64,000 nucleotides of DNA from Owenia fusiformis (GCA_903813345.2 CAIIXF020000001.1:32798001-32862000), one strand, 5' to 3'; positions 39,183 to 51,450 are shown, counted from the stretch's first letter. The notes: a model not told the origin generated them from the letters alone. Numbers and translations are program-made.

Positions 39183-40511
39183 GTTATGTTCATCAGATCG
39201 CAATTGTTGAACCAATTCCCAGAATCGTTTTGGATCTGATTTTTCTAGAGAGTCGATTTGCTTCAATATATTCTGTTTATATATTTTCATTGATTTCCTT
39301 AAAAACGATTTGTAGGTTTTTTTTTGTTCCAAATATTTGTTTCTGAGAAAAGGATCATTTGGGAATTTATGCAAAAGTTTGCCTAAATATAGTACCTGGC
39401 GTTTAATCTTCTAACAATCTTTATTAAACCATTTTTTGTTTTTATTTTTATAATTCTTTGAAGGTGATTTAAATTTTAAAGACGAATTAGCAGCGTCTTA
39501 AATAATTGATGACAATGCATCACAGCATTCGTCAATACCCATTTGGTTATTGCAGTAGTCTGTATTATTGAACGAGTCTATCTTATTAACAATGTCTGAT
39601 GATTTTAGCGCTTCGAGGAATTTACTTTTAGAAATATCGTTCCAAATGAATTTGCCATTATGAGGTTTGAGCTGATCGAAATTTGAATCGATTTGACTTG
39701 GTATCTCCATTTGTAAAGCAATTAATAAATGATCCGATAGATGAGTTGGATGTTTAACCTCAAAAGTATTGGTACATGGGTAAAGAAGTTCACTGACTAT
39801 ACCATAATCAATGGTACTGCAACCTAAATGGTTAAAAAATGTATATCGTCCCCATACGTCACCTATCTTACGCCCATTAAGTATTCTTAATTGAAAACTA
39901 TGGCATAATTGTAGCAAACATTTTCCTAGCGCGTTTACTGTTTTGTCCATATTCATACGTGGACCTATATCAATGTCTGGTATATATCTCCATATAATTA
40001 TCTGAATCATCTGGAATATAATCTAGCTTGTCAGATGTTCGGCCGTTAAAATCGCCTAAAAGCATTAGATCGCCCAAATTGGAATACTTTGCAATATCCC
40101 TTTCTAACATACTTATTTCACTTTCATTCTCATCTGATTGAGTCTCATTTGGTCGTAAATACACTCCACATATACAAATGTCATTAGAGGCGGCGAAGAA
40201 TTGTTTGTTAAATTTAACCCATATTGAGGAATTTGACATTTTAATTATTTTGATACCCTGTTTTATCTCATTTCTGATAAGTACTGACAAGCCTCCTGAA
40301 TGCCGTTTGGCCCCGGGACTTTTGGTCCTTATTACACTCTAACTATAAAAACCTTCAATAACGAAATTTGACGAGAGCCATGTCTCTTCCAGGAAAATTA
40401 AATCGTGTTGTTTGACTTCGTACTATCTGACAACTTGGCTTGAGTCAAGCCCTGAATATTCCATGCTGCTAATTTAATATAACGCCTACTTTGATTATGA
40501 AAAGCTGCCAT
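39183..40511 (-). pseudogene. LINE ORF2, 5' part: APE-type endonuclease and linker, with frameshifts and stops
   Basis: Manual translation from ATG 40511 gives MAAF...KLAAWNIQGL; after a frameshift, HDLIFLEETW and KRHSGGLSVLI. The ORF track gives LLGDFNGRT, STIDYGIVS, LSDH and PKRFWELV. Confidence 0.92.
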
Positions 40512-40959
40512 CCAACTTGACATCGTGTGACCAATACTTAAAGACAAATTTAAAGCCGAGTTCTTCAGAACCCTAAACTTTGCTAATAATTGTACAAGGA
40601 ATAATATTACCAGTAATCCTATCTAAAAACTTACCTATAACAGATTAATTAGAAAAAAACATAGATGTATGTACGACAACACACTGCATCATAATCATAT
40701 AGTTTTCTATGTTGATACACAGATCATTCGGAATGATCAAAGATCAGTAATTTGAGATTTGTAATTGCTGTACATAGATATGATGCGGTGGATTAATATG
40801 AGTTATCTAAATATAAAACAACATTTATTTGAGATGCTGTAAAGAAGTTGTATACGGTGGCTGTTACACACCGTTTTATCTGGTAATACATGCATTCATG
40901 TTTTACTAACCAAATGCATTTAATGCATTATTCAATTAAATCAAGTGCAGCATTAACGA

Positions 40960-41120
40960 TAGCCTTGCCCCAAGTCGGTCTCTTTTACTTATCTTGATTT
41001 CTATTATGACCGCCTTGTACCAAAGAGAAAGTCACGTGCTTTACCGACAGTTTGTTTATGTCGGTGATTTAATAATTCAAAATCAGATAGAGTAAAAAAT
41101 ACCGACTTGGGACAAGGCTA
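40960..41120. mobile_element. 161-bp MITE with 9-bp TSD in the LINE inter-ORF spacer (AcademH- or Mutator-like, tentative)
   Basis: TIRs TAGCCTTGCCCCAAGTCGGT / ACCGACTTGGGACAAGGCTA (19/20 match); TSD CATTAACGA at 40951-40959 and 41121-41129. Confidence 0.88.
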
Positions 41121-41418
41121 CATTAACGACACTACGTAGAATATAAGATTTTGTTATACATTCCACCCTGCAAAGTATTGGGATGGGTGATTATGTTGAA
41201 CTGGTATTGGTTGCCACTGATATTGTGGATATTTTGTATATTGTGGTTGCTGCATATTAATATGATGCGGTGGAATTTGTCCCTGCCAAGGACTTGGATA
41301 CATTTGTGGGTACACATGGCTAGTAGACTGTCCTGTCGGAGTCGGTAGTGTTTTTTGTAATTGATATTGTTTGCATCGTTCACATAGATAGGTTCATCAC
41401 TCACTGGTGTCACATGTT

Positions 41419-43422
41419 TCACATCCTTGGACTGTGATTCTGGTTTGGGTCGGGACGTCTATTGGTTCTTGTAGGCCACCCCAGGACTGCAGAACGAATT
41501 GAAGCTGCGAGTTTAATCGTGCCACTTTTATTTGGATGGGAACCGCCCTGTTGTATGTATGTGCCCTCGGACTTCAAGGAGAAGGCACTATGCGTGTCTA
41601 TGATTGTCATGTCGGACTTAAGACACATTTGTTTGATATGTTCATTCACTGGGATAACATCAAACCCATCATACCTGGGTAGAAGGCTGCATACATATAT
41701 AGACGCATTTGGATCTTTTTCTCTTATTGCTCCTACTAATCGTATGTAGCCTTTATTGATAGTCTCTAGGGAGTCTCCGTTTGCGAGATTATTTGTCCCT
41801 ATTGCAATAATGTATCTTTGTTTCGTTACATCGGACGACGAAATCGTGTCACAAGCATCTTCGAGAGTGTATGCCAGTGTTTTGCTTACAATTTTACCTC
41901 TGAATAGTAACCTCCTGTCAATGGCTTTACCCGTGGAATCATGTATGAGAAGAGTATCTGAACCATAATCGTGAGTTGTATTTTGAGGGATACTAGTAGA
42001 CTGAGGTCGTTTTGACCTGGGAGCTGATGTCTTCGAGTTTAGCTTTTAGTTCTTCATTCTCTGCTTAGCCTTGAGTTTCATGAACTCCGCATTATCATGT
42101 ACTGATTTATTTTCTTTCATATCGCAATTTGCTCCACATTCAATGTGTTCATCTTGATGGTTTGGCATTTTAGCTTTGAGCTCGTTAATTTCTGCCTTGG
42201 TTTTTAAACCTTTAACACTTTCTGTCTTATTTTCTTTGATGTTATCGTTTTCTACTCTAGTCTGCATATCAGCGGACTTGGCGGCTTCTAACATTTGCAT
42301 TTGTTGAACTTGTATTTCTAATTTAGAAATCCTCGCAGTAGTCTTTTGGCTTTCACTGGTATTTACGCTTATACGTTTGTTACATTCATCAGTGAATTTA
42401 TTGAATTTATGTTCTAGTGTTTCTATTTGATTGTGTCTACGCTGTGTTTCTAGTTTCACTGCAGATTTCAAGCTTGACATCATCTCTCTTTGCTCCTCTT
42501 GAAACATATCGTTGTTTTGTTTCAGTGTTATGTTTTCATCTTTGATCTCATTTAACGCTAACGAAAGTTCAACTAGTGATGTTTGCAGATTCGAAATTAC
42601 CCTTTCCACGTCGGTTAATTTACCTTTGGGTGACACACAATGGTAACTTTCCTTGGCGCCATTCATCAATTCGGGAATTTCCTTAATGCATTCATTTTTA
42701 TCACCTGTATTTTTCTTTCCGTCAGTAGCGCTTTCTTTCTCCTGAATGATATGATCAGTTTTGCTTTTATTTCTGATAAGCATCGGGGAGAATGCCATAG
42801 CTGGTATATCGTCAAGTTTTTTTCGTGTATGTCTCTTGATAATTCTGTCTTGGTTTGTTGTATTTGTATTTGTTACATTACGCGTCATTTCAGTGCTTTG
42901 AAATGATATGTCATCCTCATGTTCATTTTCAACAAGGATCGTGTCATCTTGCTCTGTAATTCCTTCTTCTATGTCCATGCTCAAGAGCATGGGGAAATCT
43001 GTTTTGAATAGACTCGCACGCGCCCCTTGAACTTGAATAGTACCGGTAGATAAAAACATCGTTATCTTAAAGCACTTTTCGTCATGTATCCCCTTGAGAT
43101 TTACATCAACTGAAACAAACTTCCAGATATCACTATCGTCTGGTTTCCAATCGATATCATATATATTTTTCTTCCAATCATTATAAAAGAGCCATAACAC
43201 GCTGACCCAGTGAGGTAAACGATCCACCGTCGTCTTAAAAACAATGTAGTTGTCTGAACCATCATCAGTGTTAATGGCTTCAAATATTGCTTTTTTAGCT
43301 TTTATGCCCGATGGAGCTTTCAGTTTGATTGGAATTTTTCCTTTACATTGTTTCTTTACATCATTGTATTTGTTTTTAACATTTGAGTCTTCACAATACG
43401 TTTTGAGATCATCAGCACTCAT
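41419..43422 (-). pseudogene. LINE ORF1: N-terminal domain, coiled-coil region and SGNH/GDSL-type esterase domain; one in-frame TAA at 42046-42048
   Basis: Reading through the stop in the same frame gives TLLIHDSTG (block I), YIIAIGTNNL (block III), VCSLLPR and GGSHPNKSG (block V). ORFs 42046-43422 and 41419-41649 share a frame. The LQTSLVELSLALNEIKDEN region looks heptad-like. Confidence 0.85.
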
Positions 43423-43501
43423 AATGCAATCATATGTACAAAATCCCGGTAATTTCGTTAAAAATTACACTGAACGAAACGACTGTTCTATGACGTCTTT
43501 C

Positions 43502-44326
43502 CCATAGGCTAAGGGTTAAGTAATAGTAAGCTGTATATAGAAGAGACAGGTAAACAATTAGGATTGAAAAAAATTTCAAAAACTTGCCGTCTTGGTACGA
43601 GTTCTCCTTACTGGTATCGAGTCGTACCACCAAATCTCCCAAGAATCTTCTCCAAAGTGTTTTCGAAACGTATATTGTTGAATATTTCAAATCTATATCC
43701 TAACTCTTCGATAAGACAGCATAAAAAACACCAACTGTACGAACCTGCAATTGCCCGGCAAGTTGAAACTTCCGGACACATGAAAAGATTGAATCTTGTA
43801 ACGATTGATTTGATTGGTTGTAATTAGAAGTTTAAAATTCCAAGAAAAATGTTAATTTCACCATTTAAATTGGGTTTAAAAAGATATTATATGAATCAGA
43901 TGTTTTGATAAATAATTATTAAGTAAACCTTTTATAGTTTTGTACACTTAAATTGATTGTTATTTCTAGAAAATGAATTACATTTTAGAGAACCAGATAG
44001 GTGTCACTGGCGGCGGTTAGCAGGAACCAATCAAATTCCTTGTTTCAAACTTCCATTCAACACGGAAATCCGGGTAACTTGCCAGGCAATTGTAGGTTTT
44101 CAGAATATCTCGCCCCAAGACGGCTTTATTCACTCTATATCACTTGAATGTGGTTGATTCATAGGTAAGAATTGAGAACTATCAATTTTGGATCAACTCT
44201 GCATTGTTTTTTGAAAATTATACACAAATAATGTTAAAATCGCCATGTTAACAAGTGGCCTAAATCCTAGTTGTTCACCTGTCTCTTCTGTATACAGCTT
44301 ACTATTACTTAACCCTTAGCCTATGG
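43502..44326. mobile_element. 825-bp non-autonomous TIR element with 6-bp TSD, superfamily unassigned
   Basis: ~64-bp TIRs (CCATAGGCTAAGGGTTAAGTAATAGTAAGCTG...), TSD TCTTTC at 43496-43501 and 44327-44332, and an extra internal inverted repeat (~43742-43765 vs ~44075-44098). Confidence 0.88.
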
Positions 44327-45241
44327 TCTTTCCTATGGTTGAAGACCACAGTAGAGTTTCCCATAGGTGGCCATTATAACATTTTACCCTGTATCTTATT
44401 AACGATTAGTATCCAAGCCTAGTGCAACATACCACAGTGTTCGGGAGAGACTCGCCTAGCCTGCTATAACAATCTTACCATGGGTTGTCCACCGAATTTT
44501 TGAAATAAATAAACTTGAAGACACTAACCCCCTCTATCGTCAGATTTCTCAGAGAATTCTGGTAAAATCACCAAGGTCAAAATCACTCCGCCGCCAGCTT
44601 AAAATGAGATTTCCCACTGAACTCTGACTGTTTTCAGATAAATTAGGACCTACCCTATAAATATTTAGTCCCGATTCATTTCCCAAACGCCAGATGGCGC
44701 TCCGATGGGGTAGGGAAGGAGAAAATGACTTTTTATTCAGAAAACCAAATTACTAACCGCTAATGTCCTTACTCAGGACTATATCCTATATCGGCTGCTA
44801 CATGGGCGATAATAGGGTGTGAGTCTAACATTTAAATCAAAAGTCCTCACCATTTGATCTTCTTAACTTTGCATCTCTCATTTCAAGTGTCATTTGCGTC
44901 TCTATAACGTATTCTATTTTATATCCTATGTACTTTTAGCAAATTCCTTATCTAAATGTCACATTTTAAGATAATGTGCCAAGCGAGTAAAGGGTGATAT
45001 GTAATACGTTGAATTGCCGAACGTAACTAACAATATGTTTTCTATCAATTGAAGTACCCATGATAGTAAAAAATATCAATCAAACAATTTGAAAAATTAT
45101 GAATAGGGACCCCATGTCAGCATTTTTTCTAAATATTGAACCTATTTACTCAAAAGAGGATCTTTTCTTTTTCTTATTTTTATTGCATGAAAGCATTATT
45201 ATCCTGGAAGTCCTGTCTATCGAAGTATTTCGTTTTCAAAT

Positions 45242-48200
45242 TTTTTTTTTTTTTTTTTATTTATTTATATATTTATACAAAGAATACAGTAAACAAGTGC
45301 ACATGTGCTTGTGGCTGGGCATCAGCATTATCAGCCACGTTATATGATGAAAATCAATTAACAGTATTCAATCAATTATTAAAATAGGGGTTGTATTTGT
45401 GGAGGGTTACAGTGGTGGGGGTGACCTAGACATTTTTACATCGTTCAAAAAAGATGGCACTACATTTGAGGATATTTAAGTTTACAGCTTTAGGTAGCCT
45501 TTTATCGCCATTGAGGATAAGGGAGAGTTTGTCTCGTTGTGATCTATATTTAGTAGAATATTCTATGTTCATATTTTTTAATTCATTTTCAAATTCTGTC
45601 CAAAATGTTGATCTTAGATTACAGTGAAAAATTACGTGATTGGTTGTTTCACCATCCATTCCACACTGGCAAATGGGGGAGTTTATATTAGAGAAATTGT
45701 GAGCGTAAAGGTGAGCCTTAAAAATGAGATCACAGCGCACTCTATTGAAAATTATTTCTTGTTTTCTTGAAACGGAGAGATCTGATGAATTTGTAACATC
45801 GTCATTGAATAGATCTATTTTAAGTCTGGATTTGAATATACTAAGGGTAGGTAAATTTCTTATTTCAGGTGAAAGCTTATTCCATTCAGTCAGTGTTTTT
45901 GATATGCAAGATCTATTAGAAAATGAGGATTTATTAGGAATTGTGTAGCTCAGTTGATTTCTTAGACCATAAGCATGGTTTCTTTTGAGAGGCTCAAATA
46001 TGTTAAGAACATAAGAGGGCTGCATATTATTATGTGCCCTATACATGAAAATGCTTCTGTGATATTGACGCCTCTTTGTTAATGTTGGCCAATTTAAATT
46101 ATTCAACACTTTAATTGTCGAAGTCCCATGTAGAGTACCTGAACAAATGCAAGCGGCTTTATAGTAAAGTCGATCTAATAACTGTAATTTTGTTGTGTTT
46201 GCACACCCATATAAAATATCACCATAGTCAAAAAGTGGCAGGATAAAAGATTTAAAGATTGTTTCGAGATGTTTTCCATTTATTTTCTGACAGAGCGCTT
46301 TCAGTGGATTTAAAAGTTTGTCTATTCTTGCACCAAGTTCAGTTATGTGAAGGTCAAAAGTGAGATTTCTGTCTAGGATTAAGCCTAAGTGCTTATGGCT
46401 GTTTACTCTTGGTATAATGTCGTTTCCGAGAGAAAGATCTATGGTCAAAATTTCACGTTTCTTTGGATTGCAAAAGGTCAAATCTTTGCTTTTAGAAGCT
46501 TTAAAATTTAATTTCCATACTTCAGACCATTGAAAAATATGGTTGAGATCCTCCTGTAGGGCATTGTTCATTTCAGTTGCTGTTTCAGCTGTGAATGACT
46601 GGTAAATTGAGGTATCATCTGCGTAGATGAAACATTTTGAATTCAAATTGTCAGGTAAATCATTGATATAGATCAAAAATAGGAGGGGCCCCAGGATCGA
46701 GCCTTGAGGAACTCCGGAATTGATATAACCCTTTTCAGATAAGTTTGACTCATGACCATCTAATACCACCTTCACTTGTCTGTGTAGTAAATATGATTTC
46801 ATCAATTCCAGGATATTCGGACCAAAACCAAACATTTTCAATTTTCCTAATAGTAGCCCATGGGGCATTGAATCAAATGCAGCCGAAATATCAAGATATA
46901 TCCCTCTTACATTAGCCCCATTTTCAATTTCATTTGTTATGTGGTCAATAATACTTAGAAGTTGTGCCTGTGTGCTATGTCCTGGCAGGAAACCACTTTG
47001 AAGATTGTAAAATAAATTGTTAGAAATGAGATGATCAAAGAGTCTTTTAAAAATAATGCGCTCGGCGACTTTAGAAATACAAGACAGGAGTGTTATTGGG
47101 CGATAATTTTTCACATCTGTTTTATCTTTGTTTTTATGAATAGCTACAATATGACCGACCTTCCATAGTTGAGGATATTGATTCAAAGTAAACATTTTGT
47201 TAAGCAGTTTTGATAAAATAGGTGAAAGTGATGGTGCTGCCATTTTTAGCATTCTATTACTCAACATGTCAGGGCCAGTGGCTTTATTAATATTTAAGCC
47301 GAGTAGAATGTTATAGACTTCTCTGTCATTGGTAGAGAGCAGGTCAAATGTTATATCGGTTCTTGGAATAAATGGTTCATTTCCATGATTATAATTATTA
47401 TGGTATTTGTCAATAAAATGTGATAACAATAAATTTGCTTTGTCGCAACTATCAGTGTAATTATTACCATTGGCATCGTTGAGGAGGGGTATTTTACTAT
47501 TTTTTGATTTGCCTAGGAGCCTACTAATAATTGACCAGTACCCCTTACTTCCATATCTATGAGTTGTTAATTTTTGGTACAATCTTGATTCCATTGCCTC
47601 TTTTGCCTCACTTATAGCCTCATTTACCAGTTTACATTGATCTGTATATTTTTGAAGGTACATGTCATTATGAGTTTTTCTATACTTATAATGCAATTTA
47701 TTTCTTTTATTAATTAATGTTTTAATGTCACTTGTGAACCATGACTTGTTAGTAGATTTTACAACAATTTCTGAGTTTGGAATGAGGTCTGTGAAAATTG
47801 CAAGTAGACTTCCAGAAAATATTTTGATAAGGTCATCAAAGTTGTTGTTAGTGTCTATTAAATGATCAAAATTTGCCGCACGGATTGCATTGTTAACTAA
47901 GTTAATGTCTGCCTCATCATATTTCCATATTTTCCTTGAATACGGGCGATTTTTTGATTACCAAGAAAGCACTCGGTGTTTATTGAACAATGGTCTGTGT
48001 TGCCAATTGGAGGAGAGACATAAGTATTTGTAATGATGTCAGGGTTATTTGAGATGAGTAAATCTATACATGATCTGCTGATGTTTGTTATACAAGTCGG
48101 TTCATCAATGAGTTGCACAAGTCCAAGTTCCTCGATACATTCAAATAAAAAAATTTCCTGTAGTGTTTTCATTATCCAAGGCCCACCATTCTTTACATCT

Positions 48201-49405
48201 CGCATTGAAATCTCCATTGATAAAAATTGATTCAGGGTTATTATCAAGTGCCAGATTACATGAAGCTGTAAACCGATTACAAAAATCATTTGCATCATTT
48301 TGAGACTGAGAAGGTGATCTATAATATATTGCATAAAGGTAAGATTTATAGTTAATGGTTAACTCAATCCATAAGGAATCACCCTGATCATTCATGAGGT
48401 CATATCTTACTTTAAAAGGTATGTCATCTTTAACATATATCAGAAGTCCTCGATTCTTGTTTAAGTATACATGAGAATGACCATCAATAGAATACTCAGA
48501 ATTAATTACCTCTTGGGTTAAGTTTCCAACTTCACAAAGTCCAATAATGTCAATTCCATTCATGTGAATTCTATCTTTTAGTGCTTTAAATCTGGCATTT
48601 ACATTGGCACCTATACTGTTAATATTTGAGAAAATAATTTTTGTGAGTTGAAAGTTATTTGTAGGTCCTGGATTTGGGTGAACATCATTGCTCAGTAAGA
48701 GAATAGCTTGGACTGTGTTAGGTATATAACATAATAGAGCACAGAATGGAATAAACATTAAAAATATACTTGCAAACATCTTAATCATATAAAATGTTCC
48801 AAAATGTTTGTGATTGCCATGAATATATATCATTGTACTCATGAAAGTAAATGCAGGGAGAGCCACCAAGAATATACTAATGCATCCAAGTAAAAGAATC
48901 TTATAAGATATACAGGCAGTTTGTCTCATTGAGCCTGTCATGTTGAGGTACAATGTACATGTTATAACGAATGTAAGACCAAAGTACCATAAAATTCTGA
49001 GAAATAAATTCAAATAATTTGGACTGCATTTATTGGGGACTCTGGTTTCTCCGTTATATAGTGCACAAGATTTTTGGCAATTGTATATTCCAATACATAT
49101 CCTCCATGCAGAAACACTAATACCCATGAAAGTTTTAAAAAAAAAGTTCTATTTACCAAAAAGACTGATGTATCATGTCTGGTCAGCCTAGATGATTATA
49201 AATATGCTCTGCCTCTTATTCTTATTGTGAAATAAATGTAATATGCAATATGTTAAAAAGAGCAAGGCTTAGAGTAAACTCTAAAATAAAACGGTTTTCC
49301 ACCAATAAAACTGTATTCCTCCACAAAAACACCAGATTATTTAGTTGATTGTGTAACTGGTTATTAGATAAAAGCAATGGAAAGTAAATATAAATTTTTG
49401 TTTGA
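45242..49405 (-). mobile_element. CR1-group LINE insertion with poly(A) tail and 11-bp TSD; no ORF1 visible
   Basis: TSD CGTTTTCAAAT at 45231-45241 and 49406-49416. Poly(T) then TTTA repeats on the + strand at ~45241-45270. Contains an APE-RT ORF. Confidence 0.92.
45426..49127 (-). pseudogene. LINE ORF2 (hydrophobic leader, 2A-like motif, APE endonuclease, reverse transcriptase) with two frameshifts (~48150, ~47955)
   Basis: Motifs IGLCE, YYRSP, INGDFNAR, CIDLLISN, TDH, KSWFT, NYRPITLLS, LDISAAFD, GVPQGSILGPLLFLIYINDL, YADD and HKHLGL, plus C-terminal CQCG...HVIFHC. Confidence 0.93.
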
Positions 49406-49469
49406 CGTTTTCAAATCTTGCATTCACGCCATGTGGAACAGTCATTCTGGGTCATACAAAAATTTAGTA

Positions 49470-49723
49470 TAAATCTAGAGGCCTGTAGATCGACCGATGT
49501 CCTGGCGGGTGCCGTACGGCCATCGGCAGATAGCCTTGCGATCCCCTTGCGATGTCTTTCAGATTCAATTGATTGCGGGCGCCTTACGACGCCTGTACTA
49601 ATGTGACCATACTCACGATTAGATCAAAACATCGGTGAAAAGTCACCGGCGCCCGGTCGATTTAGAAATCAGCCGATGACTACTCATCGGCCGGCGCCCG
49701 GCGGCTATGTGACCTAGGCATTA
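49470..49723. mobile_element. GC-rich fragment, probable end of a PIF/Harbinger-like MITE
   Basis: Repeated CCGGCGCCCGG motifs ending TGTGACCTAGGCA-TTA; the partner terminus was not found. Confidence 0.35.
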
Positions 49724-50419
49724 GTCGATGACATCCCGTGATAATATCTAAGTTCTTTAGCGTGAATACGTTATTTCCCTGGCTGGAGAGAGAAAGCTCT
49801 CGTTTGCTCAACTATTAAGCATGCACTAAAAAACATTGATTATATAGAATATATATTAAGTAGGTCAATCGACCTACATTTTAGCCGAGAAGTCTGCTTT
49901 AATCAGTTCGCATACCCTTGGCTTCAATTAACATTATTAATTCACATCACTTCTCTACTTACACCTGATCACTTTATTGGATTTATTGTAGAATTAAGAA
50001 TTAATACGTATTCATGGATTTACTATAGAATAGGTTACCATGGAGATGGATATACTTGAAGTATTTTGTATAAATCTTCTGATGACACATTCATAACAAA
50101 TCTACCGTAACTCCAAGAAAAATATACTGTGGTTCGAAAGCACGCAAGAGTTATCGTAAGTATCCATTCGGTATCTCAGATAACGTGTAAACTATAATTT
50201 GATATTGTTTTACTATCCCAACTAACGAAGTTCGGGTAGAGAGAGAATCCGCCCGTTCGTCCGGTCATCTGTCCAGACGATAACTCATACAAGTTTTAGG
50301 ATTTGGTTATGGGTGTAGAGCCTTCGCTTTGTTCGCTTCTGTTCATGAAGATTTTTTGGGGATTGCCACTTAATTCAACATTGCCACCATTCTTATGATG
50401 TAAAGGATTGGTATTGATG

Positions 50420-50470
50420 TAAAGGATTGGTGTGTTCAAAAGGTTCATCATATCGATACCAATCCTTTTG
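50420..50470. mobile_element. Internally deleted remnant of the same AAAGGA-terminus family
   Basis: AAAGGATTGGT...ACCAATCCTTT; 50430-50469 is the reverse complement of ~50716-50755. Confidence 0.55.
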
Positions 50471-50715
50471 ATAATTATAATAATATACAGTATACCAGTT
50501 ATCGGATGTGCTCAACTAGTGGGCCTTTTTAATACGAAAAACGGGCCTTACATTTTCAAAATTTGCCCTAATCTTTGGTTATATCGGCCAAAAAATCAAA
50601 GAGGGTGGCGGCGGACTAATCAAACTCATCTCATCTTTGATATCAAATACATTTACAAATTGAATGGCCTATTCCATTATTTTAATACTCAGAACGTCTG
50701 GCACTATATAACCGC

Positions 50716-51450
50716 AAAAGGATGGGTATCGATATGGTGAACTTTTTGAACACACGTTTCTCTTAAACCAGTCATCAAAAAATTCCGAAAATTTTACACA
50801 GTGTCGATTTAATGGTCATCTTTGAAAAGTAACAATATAATTTGAAAAATATATATACTTTCATCTATATTGTTTTAGAAAACACATTAAACACTTGTTT
50901 TGTTCTTGGTATCATGTTTCCAGAGTGAAATGAAACATCTTTCCGAACCTCATTGGAACAAAACGAACATAAACATAACATGTTTAGGTCTCTCAATATT
51001 GTAATTGTACAAAGGAAATTTTGGTTGATTTTAAAAAAGTACCTTGTTAATGAAATAAAAGGTTTATCTTGATTTTTATCTATTTTGGGGGATTTTGTTT
51101 TAATTTTTTGAATACTTTTTTAAAATCAACCAAAAATTCCTTTGTATAACTATAATATAGAGAGGTCTAAAAACATGTCGTATATGCTATTTTGTTCCAA
51201 CGAGGTTCGGAAAGACATCTTATTTCATTCTCAAGAATTGGTACAAACGAGCAAAAACAATTGCACTAAAAAACAAAAAATGTTAAGAAAAACAGTTATA
51301 TAAAATATTTTTATATAATTTTCGCATTAAATTGTTGTCAATCAGTCAACATTACATAAAAAACCGTGTTTTTTTACAGAATGTTTTCAATGATTGGTTT
51401 AAAAGAAAAACATTGTTGAATTCAGTTCTCCATATCGATACAAATCCTTT
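50716..51450. mobile_element. Palindromic (foldback) MITE with AAAGGA termini (Kolobok-like, tentative)
   Basis: Ends AAAGGATGGGTATCGATATGGTGAAC / GTTCTCCATATCGATACAAATCCTTT; long inverted arms ~50930-51040 vs ~51113-51230. No clean TSD. Confidence 0.7.

Larger units (their letters stand above)
26188..43495 (-). mobile_element. Decayed, near full-length two-ORF non-LTR retrotransposon (esterase-bearing ORF1; RTE-X-like, clade tentative), interrupted by nested insertions
   Basis: ORF1 43422-41419; ORF2 from ATG at 40511 (APE) to 39183, resuming at 28521 to 26320 (RT + C-terminal Cys/His motif). The 3' UTR ends AATAAACTTATTAATAA at ~26190. The 5' boundary is uncertain. Confidence 0.85.

Noticed and set aside
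292..39346. Dozens of recurring 60-120 aa ORFs (MVNLGPESSS..., MEIFYFDLLF..., MHPSFLSDPI...) as a tandem gene family
   Set aside because: They are chance frames of the repeat unit or microsatellite: starts, stops and frameshifts vary between copies and there are no recognisable domains.
41132..41422. 96-aa ORF as a separate gene
   Set aside because: An alternative frame gives a Q/P/Y-rich low-complexity sequence; it is more likely the frameshifted tail of ORF1.
42046..43422. 458-aa ORF as a host gene
   Set aside because: It is intronless, continues in frame into an esterase domain and lies upstream of the APE-RT ORF on the same strand, so it is LINE ORF1.
50033..50062. GYHGDGYT, resembling the end of an EGF-like repeat on the + strand
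   Set aside because: Followed by TGA instead of Cys, very short, on the opposite strand to the host gene and without supporting exon structure.
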